From positions 186,001 to 250,000 of the forward strand of contig JAWLHB010000001.1 of assembly GCA_041690595.1 (NCBI GenBank): a DNA stretch of 64,000 nucleotides, given 5' to 3'. This document shows, piece by piece, positions 36,862-46,598 of this stretch. The position numbers were made by a program, and so were the translations under genes. Below the pieces are notes generated by a model, which saw nothing but the letters and a program-made list of their open reading frames with translations, was not told where the DNA came from and ran no database searches. This DNA comes from Lentisphaeria bacterium (lineage in GTDB: Bacteria; Verrucomicrobiota; Lentisphaeria; JABSQK01; JAWLHB01). The number at the start of each line of letters is the position of its first letter. Within the stretch, counting starts at the first letter, position 1.

Positions 36862-38756
36862 ACGGAGAGTCGACGGACTGGGAGTTCCACTGGAAAGATG
36901 CGCGCGCGCTGGCCTTTGCGGTGCTGGGCGTCTGCGTGGGCGCCTTTGCCATTGAAGGTTCCGTCTACGAGGTGTTGAGCTACAATGCGGTTCCCTGGCA
37001 GGAGCGGCCACTGGCTCCGGTGGTGATGATCGCGGCCGTGCTTCTGGCAGCGCTGGCCATTCTGCTCGCCCGCTGGCTGACACCTCCCGCGCTGGCCCGC
37101 GCGGCGTGGCCGTTGGCTCTCGCCTTTCCAGCCGCCTGGCTGATCTGGAGCTATCGCAGCATGGGATTTCTGGCCCTTTACATCATGGCCGGGCTGCTGC
37201 TCACCGTGGGCGTTCGGATGGTGAGACTCTCCGATCCTGATCATCACCCCCGGATGAGCGCGCGCGTTGCCTGGGTGGTGGTGGGGATCGTGGGTGCGTG
37301 CTTTGTGGCGTATACCTTCCATTATCAGAATACCATGTATCGACGCCTGCTCCTCGGCTATGCCGATGTGGGCTGGTATCTGGACCGTCTGCACAATACC
37401 GTGACCCACGGCGCTTTTCTGCGGCAGTTCTCCGCGATGCCGACCTTCTATGATCACCTTTGCCCCGGACTGGCGCTGCTCGTTCCCTTTTATGCCTTGT
37501 GGCCGAGCGTCTATTTCCTCAATTTCTGCCAATCTCTCTTCCTGGGCGGCACTGGTGTCCTGCTATTCTGGCTGGCAAGGCGACTGAAGGTGGCACCGGA
37601 AGCTGCCCTCGGCATCGCCGTGCTCTACTACCTTTTTCCTGCCGCCTCGCAGATGGCTTACGGCTATTCGTACGGCTTCCACCCGCCGACGATCGCGCTG
37701 CCGTTTCTCATTGTCTCGTTCTACCTCTTCGATCGTGGCAGGTATGCGCTCGCCGTGCTGCCGGCTCTGGTGGCGGTCTCGATGCAGGAGCACATCTTCA
37801 TCTATTATGTTGGACTTGGCGGCATGCTTTTCCTGCAGCGCCGCTGGAAGGCGGGGCTGATCACCGCCGGAGTAGCGGCGGCCTGCTTCCTCTTCATCTT
37901 TGTCGTCTTCATGCCATGGCACGTGGAGGGCCAGCAGAACCTGCACGTGGGTATGCTATTTGGTCATCTGGGGGAGAGCATTGGCCAGATCGCCTTGTCC
38001 CCACTGATGCGACCGGGCGCTTTCTGGGGTAGCATCTTCGAGTTCCATAACATCCAACTGGTGATCATGCTCACGCTGCCGCTGGCGGCGCTCTGGATGC
38101 TGGCGCCGCGCTTCGCGATCGCCCTGATTCCCATTGTCCTCTTCAACCTCCTTCGCCAGGACATACAGGCCAAGAGCTTCGCCTTTCACTACCAAACTGG
38201 AACCATGGGCATCCTCTTTCTGGCTATCGTTGTCGGCTACAGCCAACGGCATGAGCCACCGCCGGAAGGACGGATCCCATGGGTCGGCGCTCTGCTGGGA
38301 CGGCTGGTGGAATGGCAGCGGCGTCTGAAGCCGTCGGCCCTGCTGGTCGGAGCGTTGATCTGCTGCATCTATCTTTCCTGCTATCTCACGCTCTATCCCT
38401 GGTCGCGTCGCAACCTGGGCATCCTGCCGGAAGACGACACGATTGCAGCCTACGAGAAGGCATTCCAAGCGCTGCGGGAGTTGATTCCAGAGGATGCCAC
38501 CGTGATCGCGGACGATCGTACCCTGATGTCGCTCTACGATCGACGCCTGGCTTTCGGTCACGAGAGCCCCTTTACCTACGACACCAACTATGCCGTCTTC
38601 CTCTACGGATCATGGAACGAACAGCCGGAGGTGACCGCCCGCAAGCAGGCCGCGCTGATGGAGGGAGGGCTGTTCGAGGTCGTTTACAATCAACATTACC
38701 TTGTCGTGCTACGCCGGCGTGGCCTGCTGCCGCCGCCACCGCGGGAGGTCTTTTGA
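36858..38756 (+). CDS. DUF2079-like polytopic membrane protein (probable GT-C-fold glycosyltransferase)
   Basis: DVGWY, DHLCP...P.YALWPS..L...Q, FHP, FHYQ motifs; many TMs. Confidence 0.75.
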   Translation: MNGESTDWEFHWKDARALAFAVLGVCVGAFAIEGSVYEVLSYNAVPWQERPLAPVVMIAAVLLAALAILLARWLTPPALARAAWPLALAFPAAWLIWSYRSMGFLALYIMAGLLLTVGVRMVRLSDPDHHPRMSARVAWVVVGIVGACFVAYTFHYQNTMYRRLLLGYADVGWYLDRLHNTVTHGAFLRQFSAMPTFYDHLCPGLALLVPFYALWPSVYFLNFCQSLFLGGTGVLLFWLARRLKVAPEAALGIAVLYYLFPAASQMAYGYSYGFHPPTIALPFLIVSFYLFDRGRYALAVLPALVAVSMQEHIFIYYVGLGGMLFLQRRWKAGLITAGVAAACFLFIFVVFMPWHVEGQQNLHVGMLFGHLGESIGQIALSPLMRPGAFWGSIFEFHNIQLVIMLTLPLAALWMLAPRFAIALIPIVLFNLLRQDIQAKSFAFHYQTGTMGILFLAIVVGYSQRHEPPPEGRIPWVGALLGRLVEWQRRLKPSALLVGALICCIYLSCYLTLYPWSRRNLGILPEDDTIAAYEKAFQALRELIPEDATVIADDRTLMSLYDRRLAFGHESPFTYDTNYAVFLYGSWNEQPEVTARKQAALMEGGLFEVVYNQHYLVVLRRRGLLPPPPREVF

Positions 38757-38769
38757 GGATGTCAGATCC

Positions 38770-39360
38770 ATGAGCTTCATCGATTGCCTGGTGCGCAACC
38801 CGCGCACCTTTCACTATCTGCGCAAGTTCCCCGAATGGAACTATCGGGCGACCAAGCGTCATATTCAATCGCATCTGGAGCCAACAGCACCGACCCTCGA
38901 TCTGGGCTGCGGCACCGGTGAATTTGCCACCCTTTTCTCGCCGCAAAGCTATCTGGGCGTGGACATCTCCGCCTGCTACCTCGCCTATGCCAGAAAGCGT
39001 CTGCCGGAGTATCGTTTTGCCCAAGGTGTCGGGCAGGCGCTGCCGTTGGCCGACGGCGCGGTGAAGCAACTCCTGATCAATGGCGTGCTTCATCATCTGG
39101 ATGGGGACCTGGCGCGACGCGTGCTCAAGGAGGCGGCTCGCGTTCTGGCCGCGGACGGTCGGCTCCTGCTCATCGAGGACATCCAACCCGAAAATCCCGG
39201 ACTTTTGACCCGCACACTGCACGCGATGGACCATGGAGAGCACATCCGTCCAAGGCAGGGATATCCCGAGCTGCTGGGAGACAATTTGCGGGTCGAGAAG
39301 GAACTCTGCTATCGCTCGGGCATCTGTCATTATGGCTTCTGGCTGCTGCGCAAGAGCTGA
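38770..39360 (+). CDS. Class I SAM-dependent methyltransferase
   Basis: LDLGCGTG, YLGVDIS, GVLHHL, DHGEHIR. Confidence 0.9.
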   Translation: MSFIDCLVRNPRTFHYLRKFPEWNYRATKRHIQSHLEPTAPTLDLGCGTGEFATLFSPQSYLGVDISACYLAYARKRLPEYRFAQGVGQALPLADGAVKQLLINGVLHHLDGDLARRVLKEAARVLAADGRLLLIEDIQPENPGLLTRTLHAMDHGEHIRPRQGYPELLGDNLRVEKELCYRSGICHYGFWLLRKS

Positions 39361-39423
39361 TCATGGCGACTGCGTTTGGTTGTGCGGCGTCAGAGCGGTA
39401 TGGTATGGGCTGATCATGGAGGA

Positions 39424-40332
39424 ATGATGGCAGGCAAAGGCGAGCATTTTCTCGACCCCGCGGTGCTGGCGAGGATCGATAACTACAATCTGATAGCGCG
39501 GACGGTGGTGGAAGGCTTTATCGCCGGCCTGCATCGCAGCCTCTTTCACGGCTTTGGAAGTGAGTTCGTCCAGTATCGCAACTATACGCGTGGCGACGAC
39601 CTGAAATACGTGGATTGGAAGGTCTTCGCGCGTCTGGACAAGTACCAGACGAAGGTTTTTCAGGAAGAGACCAACGCCAACTGCTACGTAGTTGTCGACG
39701 CCAGCTCATCGATGGCTTACCAGGGACAACGCAGCGGGCTGAGCAAGCTGCACTACGCGAAGATCATGGCCGCCTGCTTCGCCTATCTGGTCAACCGTCA
39801 GAGCGACAACGTCGGCCTCTTCGCCTATGGAGACGATCTGCGGGTGGCAATCCCGCCGAGCCACAAGAGCGGCCAGGTTCACTACATCAACGTCGAGCTG
39901 GCAAAGCTCAAGCCCGAGGGGCAAGCCAATCACGCCAGGGTGCTTAATTACCTCGGCGAGCACTTCCACCGGCGCGGCATCGTGATCATGATCAGCGATT
40001 TCCTGGACGATAATGAAGAACTCCGCAAGTCCCTCAAGCGCTTCCGCGCCGCACAGCACGAAGTCGTCCTCTTCCAGCTCTTCGATGACGATGAACTGGA
40101 TTTCGACTTCGCCGGTACAGTCCGTTTCGTCGACAGCGAATCGAACGGCGAGATGGTGACTAGTCCGGGCGTGGTGAAGGAACGCTACCAGGAGGCTTTG
40201 CAGGAGTATCTGGATGCATTCCGCCGTTTTTGCGTACGAGCGGGAGTCGATCTGGTCCTGACGCGAACATCGCAGCCGCTGGCGGGAGCGCTCTCCGCCT
40301 ACCTGCATCGCCGGGAGACTTTGGGCGTATGA
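39424..40332 (+). CDS. DUF58 domain protein
   Basis: GLHRS...G.GSEFVQYRNY..GDD...VDWK..AR, DASSSM, ISDF. Confidence 0.93.
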   Translation: MMAGKGEHFLDPAVLARIDNYNLIARTVVEGFIAGLHRSLFHGFGSEFVQYRNYTRGDDLKYVDWKVFARLDKYQTKVFQEETNANCYVVVDASSSMAYQGQRSGLSKLHYAKIMAACFAYLVNRQSDNVGLFAYGDDLRVAIPPSHKSGQVHYINVELAKLKPEGQANHARVLNYLGEHFHRRGIVIMISDFLDDNEELRKSLKRFRAAQHEVVLFQLFDDDELDFDFAGTVRFVDSESNGEMVTSPGVVKERYQEALQEYLDAFRRFCVRAGVDLVLTRTSQPLAGALSAYLHRRETLGV

Positions 40333-42287
40333 CCTTCCTCATGCCGATGTTTCTCGCTGGCCTGGCCGCCTTGTCCGTGCCGCTGATCCTCCATCTCATG
40401 CATCGTCCCATTCCTCGCCGCATCGTCTTTCCGACTATCCGTTTCATCCGCAAGGGACAGGAATACCAGGCGGGCCGCCGAGGACTGCGGGATCTGCTCA
40501 CGCTCCTGCTGCGGCTGCTGGCGATCACGGCGCTGGTCCTGATCTTCGCCAAGCCGGCCTTTCCGCGCCAGGCTGTTGGCGGTGCGGTTGCGGGGCAGGA
40601 GCACCTCGTGATGGTCTACGACATTTCCGCCAGCATGCACTTGGCCAACTTCGACCGCATCCGCCAACGCACGGCCGAGCTCCTTGACGAAGCCGCCGAC
40701 GATGCTCGGATTGCCCTTCTCGTTTCCAGCGACCACCTGGTGAAGGCGGTGCCGTTCACGGGTGACAAGGCCGCAATCGAGGCGGCTATCGCCGATCTCG
40801 AACCGACCCTGCTCCCCGGTCTGCACAACGAGATGCAGCAGCGGCTGCACCAGTACCTCGTCGAAAGTGAAGGTGCCGAGGCGCGCGTCTATCTCTTTTC
40901 GGATCTGCAGCAGGCGGATTGGGGAGGCGTACAGCTGACGCCCGAAGGCATGAACGACGTGCCGATCCTCTTCGAGCGGCCCTATGAGAATGCGCCCCCA
41001 AACCTCGCCATCATTGGCGTGCGACCCGAGATCTTTGACAATGAAGGTTCCAGGCAACTCCGCGCCACCGTGCGGGTACGCAATTTCTCGGTCGAGCCTG
41101 GTAAGGCGACTCTGCGGCTGCGCGCCGGCTCACGACAAACCGAGATGCCCATCGAGCTCGGCGCGGAAGCAAGCAGCTCCTTCGTCGTTGACATGAGCGA
41201 TCCGGGCGACGCAACCTGCGTGGCGGAGCTGGTCGTCGACGAAGCCTATGATCTGGACAATCGCTATCACTTCTGGGTCGGCCGCAATCCACCGATCAAG
41301 GCCGGAATCGTCATTCCGGGCAAGACGGGGGAATCCATCATCCAAGCCTTCTTTCTGCGCCAGGCACTCGAGACGCGCGCCCCAGGCGCGGTGCTCTTCG
41401 AGGTTGCCACCCTGGAGCCGGAGTTCATCTATGAGGGAGACCTTCGGCAGTACCAGGTCCTCTTCTATCTTGATTCCATGGGTGACTATTCCCTCATCGA
41501 ATACGAGATGCTGCGCGACTACCTGAACAGCGGTGGCGTCATGGTCTACTTCGCCGGGCCCAAGGCACCGGAGACCTTTGTCAATTTCAAGCGCAGCGAG
41601 TTGTCGTCGATTCGCTTCAATGGATGGATCGGCGACCTTAATCGGCTGCAGAGCCTCTTCATCAGCAACATCGATGCCCAGTCGCCCGTGTTGGAGCCAT
41701 TTGCTCGTCAGGATGGCGACCTCACCGTGATCCCCATCTACCGCATGGCCCGATTCGAGTTGCCGGAAGGTGCGCATGCACTGGCCACCGCCGATGCGCG
41801 TTATCCGCTGCTCGCCGAAGAACGAGTCGGGGAGGGACGTCTCTTCGCGGTGGCAACCTCCCTCAATCCGAGATGGAGCGAACTGCCAACCTCGCTGTCA
41901 TTCCTGCCGCTCATGCGTCGCCTGGCGGCGGCCGGAATAGGTGAAGACTATCGGCGGGTTGTGAGTCTGGAAGTCGGCCGGAATCCCGTGCAGGCACTGG
42001 CCGCGGCGGGATTGCCGGTGCGGGCGGAGGTCAAGCCCGAGCCAGGAGTCTATCTCGTGGAGGGCATTCCCATCGAGGTAAACATTACCCGCGCCGAGTC
42101 CGATTTCAGAACCGCCGAGACATTCGAGCTGCTGCAGGCTGCGCAGCTCGATCCATCTCTGGCGGCAGGTGCGGCAGAGGATGAGCCTGATGGCCACGAG
42201 AGCAAACCGCTGGTCGGTTACCTGGCACTCCTGCTGATGCTGGTGCTGGCCGGCGAGATCGTCATCGCCAATTATCGCGTTTCCTGA
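40329..42287 (+). CDS. BatA N-terminal double-TM + vWA domain protein
   Basis: MTFLMPMFL...PLILHL...FP...LLLRLL...FAKP; DISASM MIDAS, FSDLQ, DN motif, ESD, C-terminal TM. Confidence 0.88.
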   Translation: MTFLMPMFLAGLAALSVPLILHLMHRPIPRRIVFPTIRFIRKGQEYQAGRRGLRDLLTLLLRLLAITALVLIFAKPAFPRQAVGGAVAGQEHLVMVYDISASMHLANFDRIRQRTAELLDEAADDARIALLVSSDHLVKAVPFTGDKAAIEAAIADLEPTLLPGLHNEMQQRLHQYLVESEGAEARVYLFSDLQQADWGGVQLTPEGMNDVPILFERPYENAPPNLAIIGVRPEIFDNEGSRQLRATVRVRNFSVEPGKATLRLRAGSRQTEMPIELGAEASSSFVVDMSDPGDATCVAELVVDEAYDLDNRYHFWVGRNPPIKAGIVIPGKTGESIIQAFFLRQALETRAPGAVLFEVATLEPEFIYEGDLRQYQVLFYLDSMGDYSLIEYEMLRDYLNSGGVMVYFAGPKAPETFVNFKRSELSSIRFNGWIGDLNRLQSLFISNIDAQSPVLEPFARQDGDLTVIPIYRMARFELPEGAHALATADARYPLLAEERVGEGRLFAVATSLNPRWSELPTSLSFLPLMRRLAAAGIGEDYRRVVSLEVGRNPVQALAAAGLPVRAEVKPEPGVYLVEGIPIEVNITRAESDFRTAETFELLQAAQLDPSLAAGAAEDEPDGHESKPLVGYLALLLMLVLAGEIVIANYRVS

Positions 42288-42406
42288 CAATCAATTCGCC
42301 TCGCCGGCGATATGCGGCAACCGGCCAAACCGCAATTTCCAGGGTTACTGGTCGAACTTATCTTTTTATGAGATAGGTTAGAGGAACACTACCAGGAGGA
42401 GAGAGC

Positions 42407-45400
42407 ATGGTTCCGAAGGTTTTTTTGATGCTGCTGTTGGCTGTCGGTTTCGCGGGTGCCGAAACTAGTACCGTTGAACTGCCGGATGCGGGCCAGATGG
42501 CGGTGCTGACCGCGGTCAGCAACCAGGTTGGCGGCAAGGTCACCATCCTGGCCGGGGACGGAAAGGGTGGGGCGCTCATCTCCATCCTGTGCACCGATAT
42601 GATTGAGATGCCGCATCACTGGGGTATGACGAAGATCCCGAAGGATCTGTCGCTTCCCGATGCCGCACTGCTCATCGAGATCACCGGCAAAGGCACTCGC
42701 CTGAATCCTGCCAGGTACCGCAAGGCGATGTACATACGGCCTGACGTTCATTTCTATGTCGGCGACGACTTCACCCGCGCAGTCGAGCAATGGGAGCAGT
42801 TTCCCGCGGCATCGCAGCATGAGTATCGCGTAGAGATGCGGCGGCGTGGCGAGCGCCTGGAGTTCTGGATCGATGGACGCTACCTCTACGGTCTCGATTT
42901 GCAGCCCGACTGGATTAGCCTGACCCTGACCGCCGAGGAGGGGGCTGCGATCAGCCAGGTGGAAAGCTCTCCAGAGCCCGAAAGCGCACGGGAAGTGCCC
43001 CTTTCCTTCGCCCCCATCGATGTTGGTCGTACACGCTGGCTGGGCGAAGAGGTCGATTCCGCCAGCTTCTATGATCCGTACTACAAGCGCAGTGCATACG
43101 ATGGCCTTCCGGAAAGTGCCATCCTGCGGGTTCCGGCGCGTCATTACACACGGCTGCGCCTGGTATGTGAGTTGGATCCGGCGAAGAGTCCTGACATGAC
43201 GGTGAGGATCGGCCGATACCGGCAGAGCTGGGACGGCGGCGGCATGGTCTTTGGGGATACCGATGTGCGCATCGATCCGGCTGATCCTCAGGGCGTCGAG
43301 TCCATGGAGCCCCTTGGTGAAAACCGCTGGGCCGTGATCGTGCCCATTCGCACCGGCGACGTCGCGGAATACCTCCAGTGGGAAGGATTGCCCGACGGCG
43401 GTCTGGATTTTGGCGAACCGCTCGACTGGTTCTCCCTGGAGTTCAGCCGCAAGCTGGAAACGCGGGCCACCATCAACAATGGCATTTTCGACAGGAAACC
43501 GGTTGGACCGGTGAGCAGCATACAGATCCTCGAGGCTATTCTGGAGAAGGCCCCCGTCAGCATTTCCGTTCGTTCCGCGGAAGAGGGCTTTGTTTTCTAT
43601 CATCAGGAGAATCCTTTCCTGACCGTGCAGGTGGACAATCCGTCGGCCGAGGTGCTTCCGCTCACCTGCATCGGGACTCTCGCCGACTTCTTCGGCCAGG
43701 AGCACAGAATCGAAGTCAGCTTCAACGCTGAACCCGGTAGAAGCACCGCAACGATACCGCTGAACGCGCTTCCTGTCGGCTGGTACGCCGGAAGCTTTGT
43801 CTTCACCAGCGGGCCGGAACGCATCTGGGAGCAACCGCTCAGCCTTTCCCTGCTGCCGCCAGACACACGGCAGGCCGGCATCGACTCCCCCTTCGGCACT
43901 TGGTGGTTCCAAGGCAGCCATTACACGACCAGGGAGGCGACAAAGATGCTGCCTCTCCTGCAAAAGGCGGGCTTCCGCCATGTAACCCATGGCCACCATG
44001 ATCCAAAGGATGCCGCCAAGGGCGTTACCCCGGAGATCTTCAACCGTTTTCAGGTGACACCGAGCATGCTTGGCTATGAGCGGCGGGCCAAGAGCGCAGA
44101 GGAGATCGAACAGAAGGTGCGTGATTACTTCGCGCAGTGGCCCAATGTCGAGTTCGCGATGATCTTTCATGAAACCAGCATGCCCGGATTGGGAATCGAG
44201 TTGCCATGGGAGCTGACAGGGGCTCAGCCGACTCCCTTCACCGACGAGCAGCGAAAGAGCTTTGATGTACTGGTGCAGCGCGCCACGACGTACGCCGCCG
44301 CCGTCAGGAAGGCTGCGCCGAATGCCCGGATCATGCTGGGCAATGGCGGCACCCCTTTCAACCTCCTCTGGTTTCGCGAGAAGGTGTCGCGGGACGTTCT
44401 GGATGTGCTGGGCATGGAAATGGCGGTGCAGACCTTTCACCCCGAAGGGCAGCCGACCGGCTGGAACCTGCAATCCCTGTGGATCGCTCAGGAGATGCGG
44501 CGAATCCATGGCTACGATGAGGTGCCGATCGCCAGCTGTTACGAGTTTGACTATCGGGCCACCGCCCCTGGCGGCCTGAGCCTGCACGACCAGGCCAACT
44601 GGTACGCGCGCGACACGCTGCATTGCCTTGCCTATCGCATGCCGAGCATCAATATCGGCTTGATCGAAGACTGTAACAGCTCCTACTACACCAGCCGCTG
44701 GGGCTCCACCGGCCTGCTCCACCGCGCCCCCCTCAACCTGCCAAAGCCGGCCTACGTCAGCATGGCAACCCTTACCCGGCTTCTTGATCGCGCCACCTAT
44801 GAGCGTTTCCTCGATTGCGGCACCACGGGTATCTATTGCCTTGAGTTCACGCGCGGCAACGAGTTTGTCTATGCGTTGTGGGCGGGCCGAGGCGAACGCG
44901 AACTGCAACTCAGCTTCGCCGACAATGACGGTGCCACGATCACTGACTCCATGGGACGAACCAGCACCCTCGGCGAGACGCTGACTATCTCCGAGTCACC
45001 GATATACCTGACCACGACCCAGCGCGTGACGACGGTGACGCCGCTGGCATCGTCCCATGCGGCACCGGCATTACGCGAAGCGCGGATTGCCGCCGACCTG
45101 CGCCAGGCGAAGGACTGGAAGATCGTCCCCGAGGCCGATCATGATTTTGTCACCTACTGCGCCTACAAACCCATGGTGTCGGCGCAGGGCAGCCTTACCG
45201 GCACGGACCAGGGGCTGGCGCTTTCGATCGGGCCGCAAGATGACGTCGCTCCCATCGTCGCCCATCACCTCATGGTCGAGCCGCTTGCACCCATCGCGTT
45301 GGCCGGTGAACCGGAGCGGATTGGCGTCTGGGTGGATGGCAATGCGAACTGGGGACGAATCTACTTCGAAATCGAAGACGCGGCAGGCCGCACCTGGACC

Positions 45401-45718
45401 TCGAATGGCTGGAATGAGGAACAAGGCAGTTGGGATATGTCAGATTGGGAGGAGACGACCGCGATCAACCACGATGGCTGGCGCTTCATCAGTATGGAAT
45501 TGCCCCGACACTATGCGAGCGGCTACTACCAGCCCAGTTTTCGCCACTGGCGTTGCCAGGGTGACAACAGCAAGACGGTTCAATTGAAATATCCGCTGAC
45601 CTTCAAGCGCTTCCACATCGTCATGCGCAGTCATCTGGTCTACGTCAACCAGATGGTGCCGGCCAGATCCGCCACGATCCGCCTGCGCGACCTGACGGTT
45701 GCCGATAGCGCGGACTGA
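42407..45718 (+). CDS. Large secreted protein, putative clan-A-like glycoside hydrolase with a C-terminal CBM-like domain, 1103 aa
   Basis: Signal peptide, RBS AGGAGG; SPFG, IFHE, AVRKAAPNARI, CYEFDY, PKPAY; C-terminal IGVWVDG...EIEDAAG...DGWRF. Confidence 0.6.
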   Translation: MVPKVFLMLLLAVGFAGAETSTVELPDAGQMAVLTAVSNQVGGKVTILAGDGKGGALISILCTDMIEMPHHWGMTKIPKDLSLPDAALLIEITGKGTRLNPARYRKAMYIRPDVHFYVGDDFTRAVEQWEQFPAASQHEYRVEMRRRGERLEFWIDGRYLYGLDLQPDWISLTLTAEEGAAISQVESSPEPESAREVPLSFAPIDVGRTRWLGEEVDSASFYDPYYKRSAYDGLPESAILRVPARHYTRLRLVCELDPAKSPDMTVRIGRYRQSWDGGGMVFGDTDVRIDPADPQGVESMEPLGENRWAVIVPIRTGDVAEYLQWEGLPDGGLDFGEPLDWFSLEFSRKLETRATINNGIFDRKPVGPVSSIQILEAILEKAPVSISVRSAEEGFVFYHQENPFLTVQVDNPSAEVLPLTCIGTLADFFGQEHRIEVSFNAEPGRSTATIPLNALPVGWYAGSFVFTSGPERIWEQPLSLSLLPPDTRQAGIDSPFGTWWFQGSHYTTREATKMLPLLQKAGFRHVTHGHHDPKDAAKGVTPEIFNRFQVTPSMLGYERRAKSAEEIEQKVRDYFAQWPNVEFAMIFHETSMPGLGIELPWELTGAQPTPFTDEQRKSFDVLVQRATTYAAAVRKAAPNARIMLGNGGTPFNLLWFREKVSRDVLDVLGMEMAVQTFHPEGQPTGWNLQSLWIAQEMRRIHGYDEVPIASCYEFDYRATAPGGLSLHDQANWYARDTLHCLAYRMPSINIGLIEDCNSSYYTSRWGSTGLLHRAPLNLPKPAYVSMATLTRLLDRATYERFLDCGTTGIYCLEFTRGNEFVYALWAGRGERELQLSFADNDGATITDSMGRTSTLGETLTISESPIYLTTTQRVTTVTPLASSHAAPALREARIAADLRQAKDWKIVPEADHDFVTYCAYKPMVSAQGSLTGTDQGLALSIGPQDDVAPIVAHHLMVEPLAPIALAGEPERIGVWVDGNANWGRIYFEIEDAAGRTWTSNGWNEEQGSWDMSDWEETTAINHDGWRFISMELPRHYASGYYQPSFRHWRCQGDNSKTVQLKYPLTFKRFHIVMRSHLVYVNQMVPARSATIRLRDLTVADSAD

Positions 45719-45742
45719 AGCCGAACTGGATGAACCGACAGC

Positions 45743-46159
45743 TCAGTCACCGGGCTGGTTGAGGATCTGCTGGCGCTGGAGGGCGCAGAGAATCGCGTGC
45801 TCCAGCGTCGGTCCGTCCACCGTTTCCTTGGTGACGTAATCTTGAGCGCCCGCGCGAATGGCCTTGAAGGGCAACTCGTGATCGTCGAGACCGGTAAGGA
45901 TGACGATGGGAATGTGCGGAGCTGCTTCGTAAGCCCTCTGAACCGTCCGCAGGCCCGTTTCGTCGGGCAGGGAAAGGTCGAGCAGGATGCAGTCGAAAGG
46001 CGGATCCGCGGCAGCGATCCTGGCGAGCCCATCGGCAAGACGCGTCGCATGCTCGATGGTGAAGGTGGTTTGCTCGACCGCTTCGAGCGCATGGGTGAGC
46101 AGGAGGACGTCGGTCGGGTTGTCTTCAATAAGCAAAGCGCGGAGTGCGACAGGTTTCAC
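45743..46159 (-). CDS. Single-domain response regulator
   Basis: LIEDNPTD, LLDLSLPD, LTG, GAQDYVTK. Confidence 0.93.
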   Translation of the reverse strand: MKPVALRALLIEDNPTDVLLLTHALEAVEQTTFTIEHATRLADGLARIAAADPPFDCILLDLSLPDETGLRTVQRAYEAAPHIPIVILTGLDDHELPFKAIRAGAQDYVTKETVDGPTLEHAILCALQRQQILNQPGD

Positions 46160-46163
46160 GGCA

Positions 46164-46598
46164 TCAACTCCGGGTAAGAGTAGCGGCTGACAGCCAGAAG
46201 CGATTGAGCTTCCCGATGGCGGCCGAAAACTCGTTGAAAGCCATCGGCTTTATCATATAGCAGTTGGCATGCAAATGGTAGGCACGGCGAACGTCGTCCT
46301 CGTTGTTCGAGGTGGTGAGCACGATCAGCGGAATACAGCGCAAATCACCATTGGATTTTACTTCTGCAAGCACCTCCCAGCCATCGCATTTTGGCAGATT
46401 CAGATCGAGCAGTATCAGGTCGGGGCGTGCTGCATCCACATAAGGAGGACGCCTGTACAGGTAGTTCAGTGCCTGCAATCCATCGCTGACCACCTGCAGG
46501 TCGACATTCGCGGAGCACGCCTCGAAGGCTTGTCGGGTCAAGAGCACATCGGTGCTGTTGTCTTCTACCAGCAGAATGGTCGGTATGGAATCACGCAT
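46164..46598 (-). CDS. Response regulator, Rcp1-like
   Basis: VEDN, PDLILLDLNLPK, LTTS, ANCYMIKP, FW. Confidence 0.94.
   Translation of the reverse strand: MRDSIPTILLVEDNSTDVLLTRQAFEACSANVDLQVVSDGLQALNYLYRRPPYVDAARPDLILLDLNLPKCDGWEVLAEVKSNGDLRCIPLIVLTTSNNEDDVRRAYHLHANCYMIKPMAFNEFSAAIGKLNRFWLSAATLTRS

Noticed and set aside
42389..44908. 839-aa minus-strand ORF
   Set aside because: Antisense to the 1103-aa gene, which has an RBS and signal peptide; typical codon-bias shadow.
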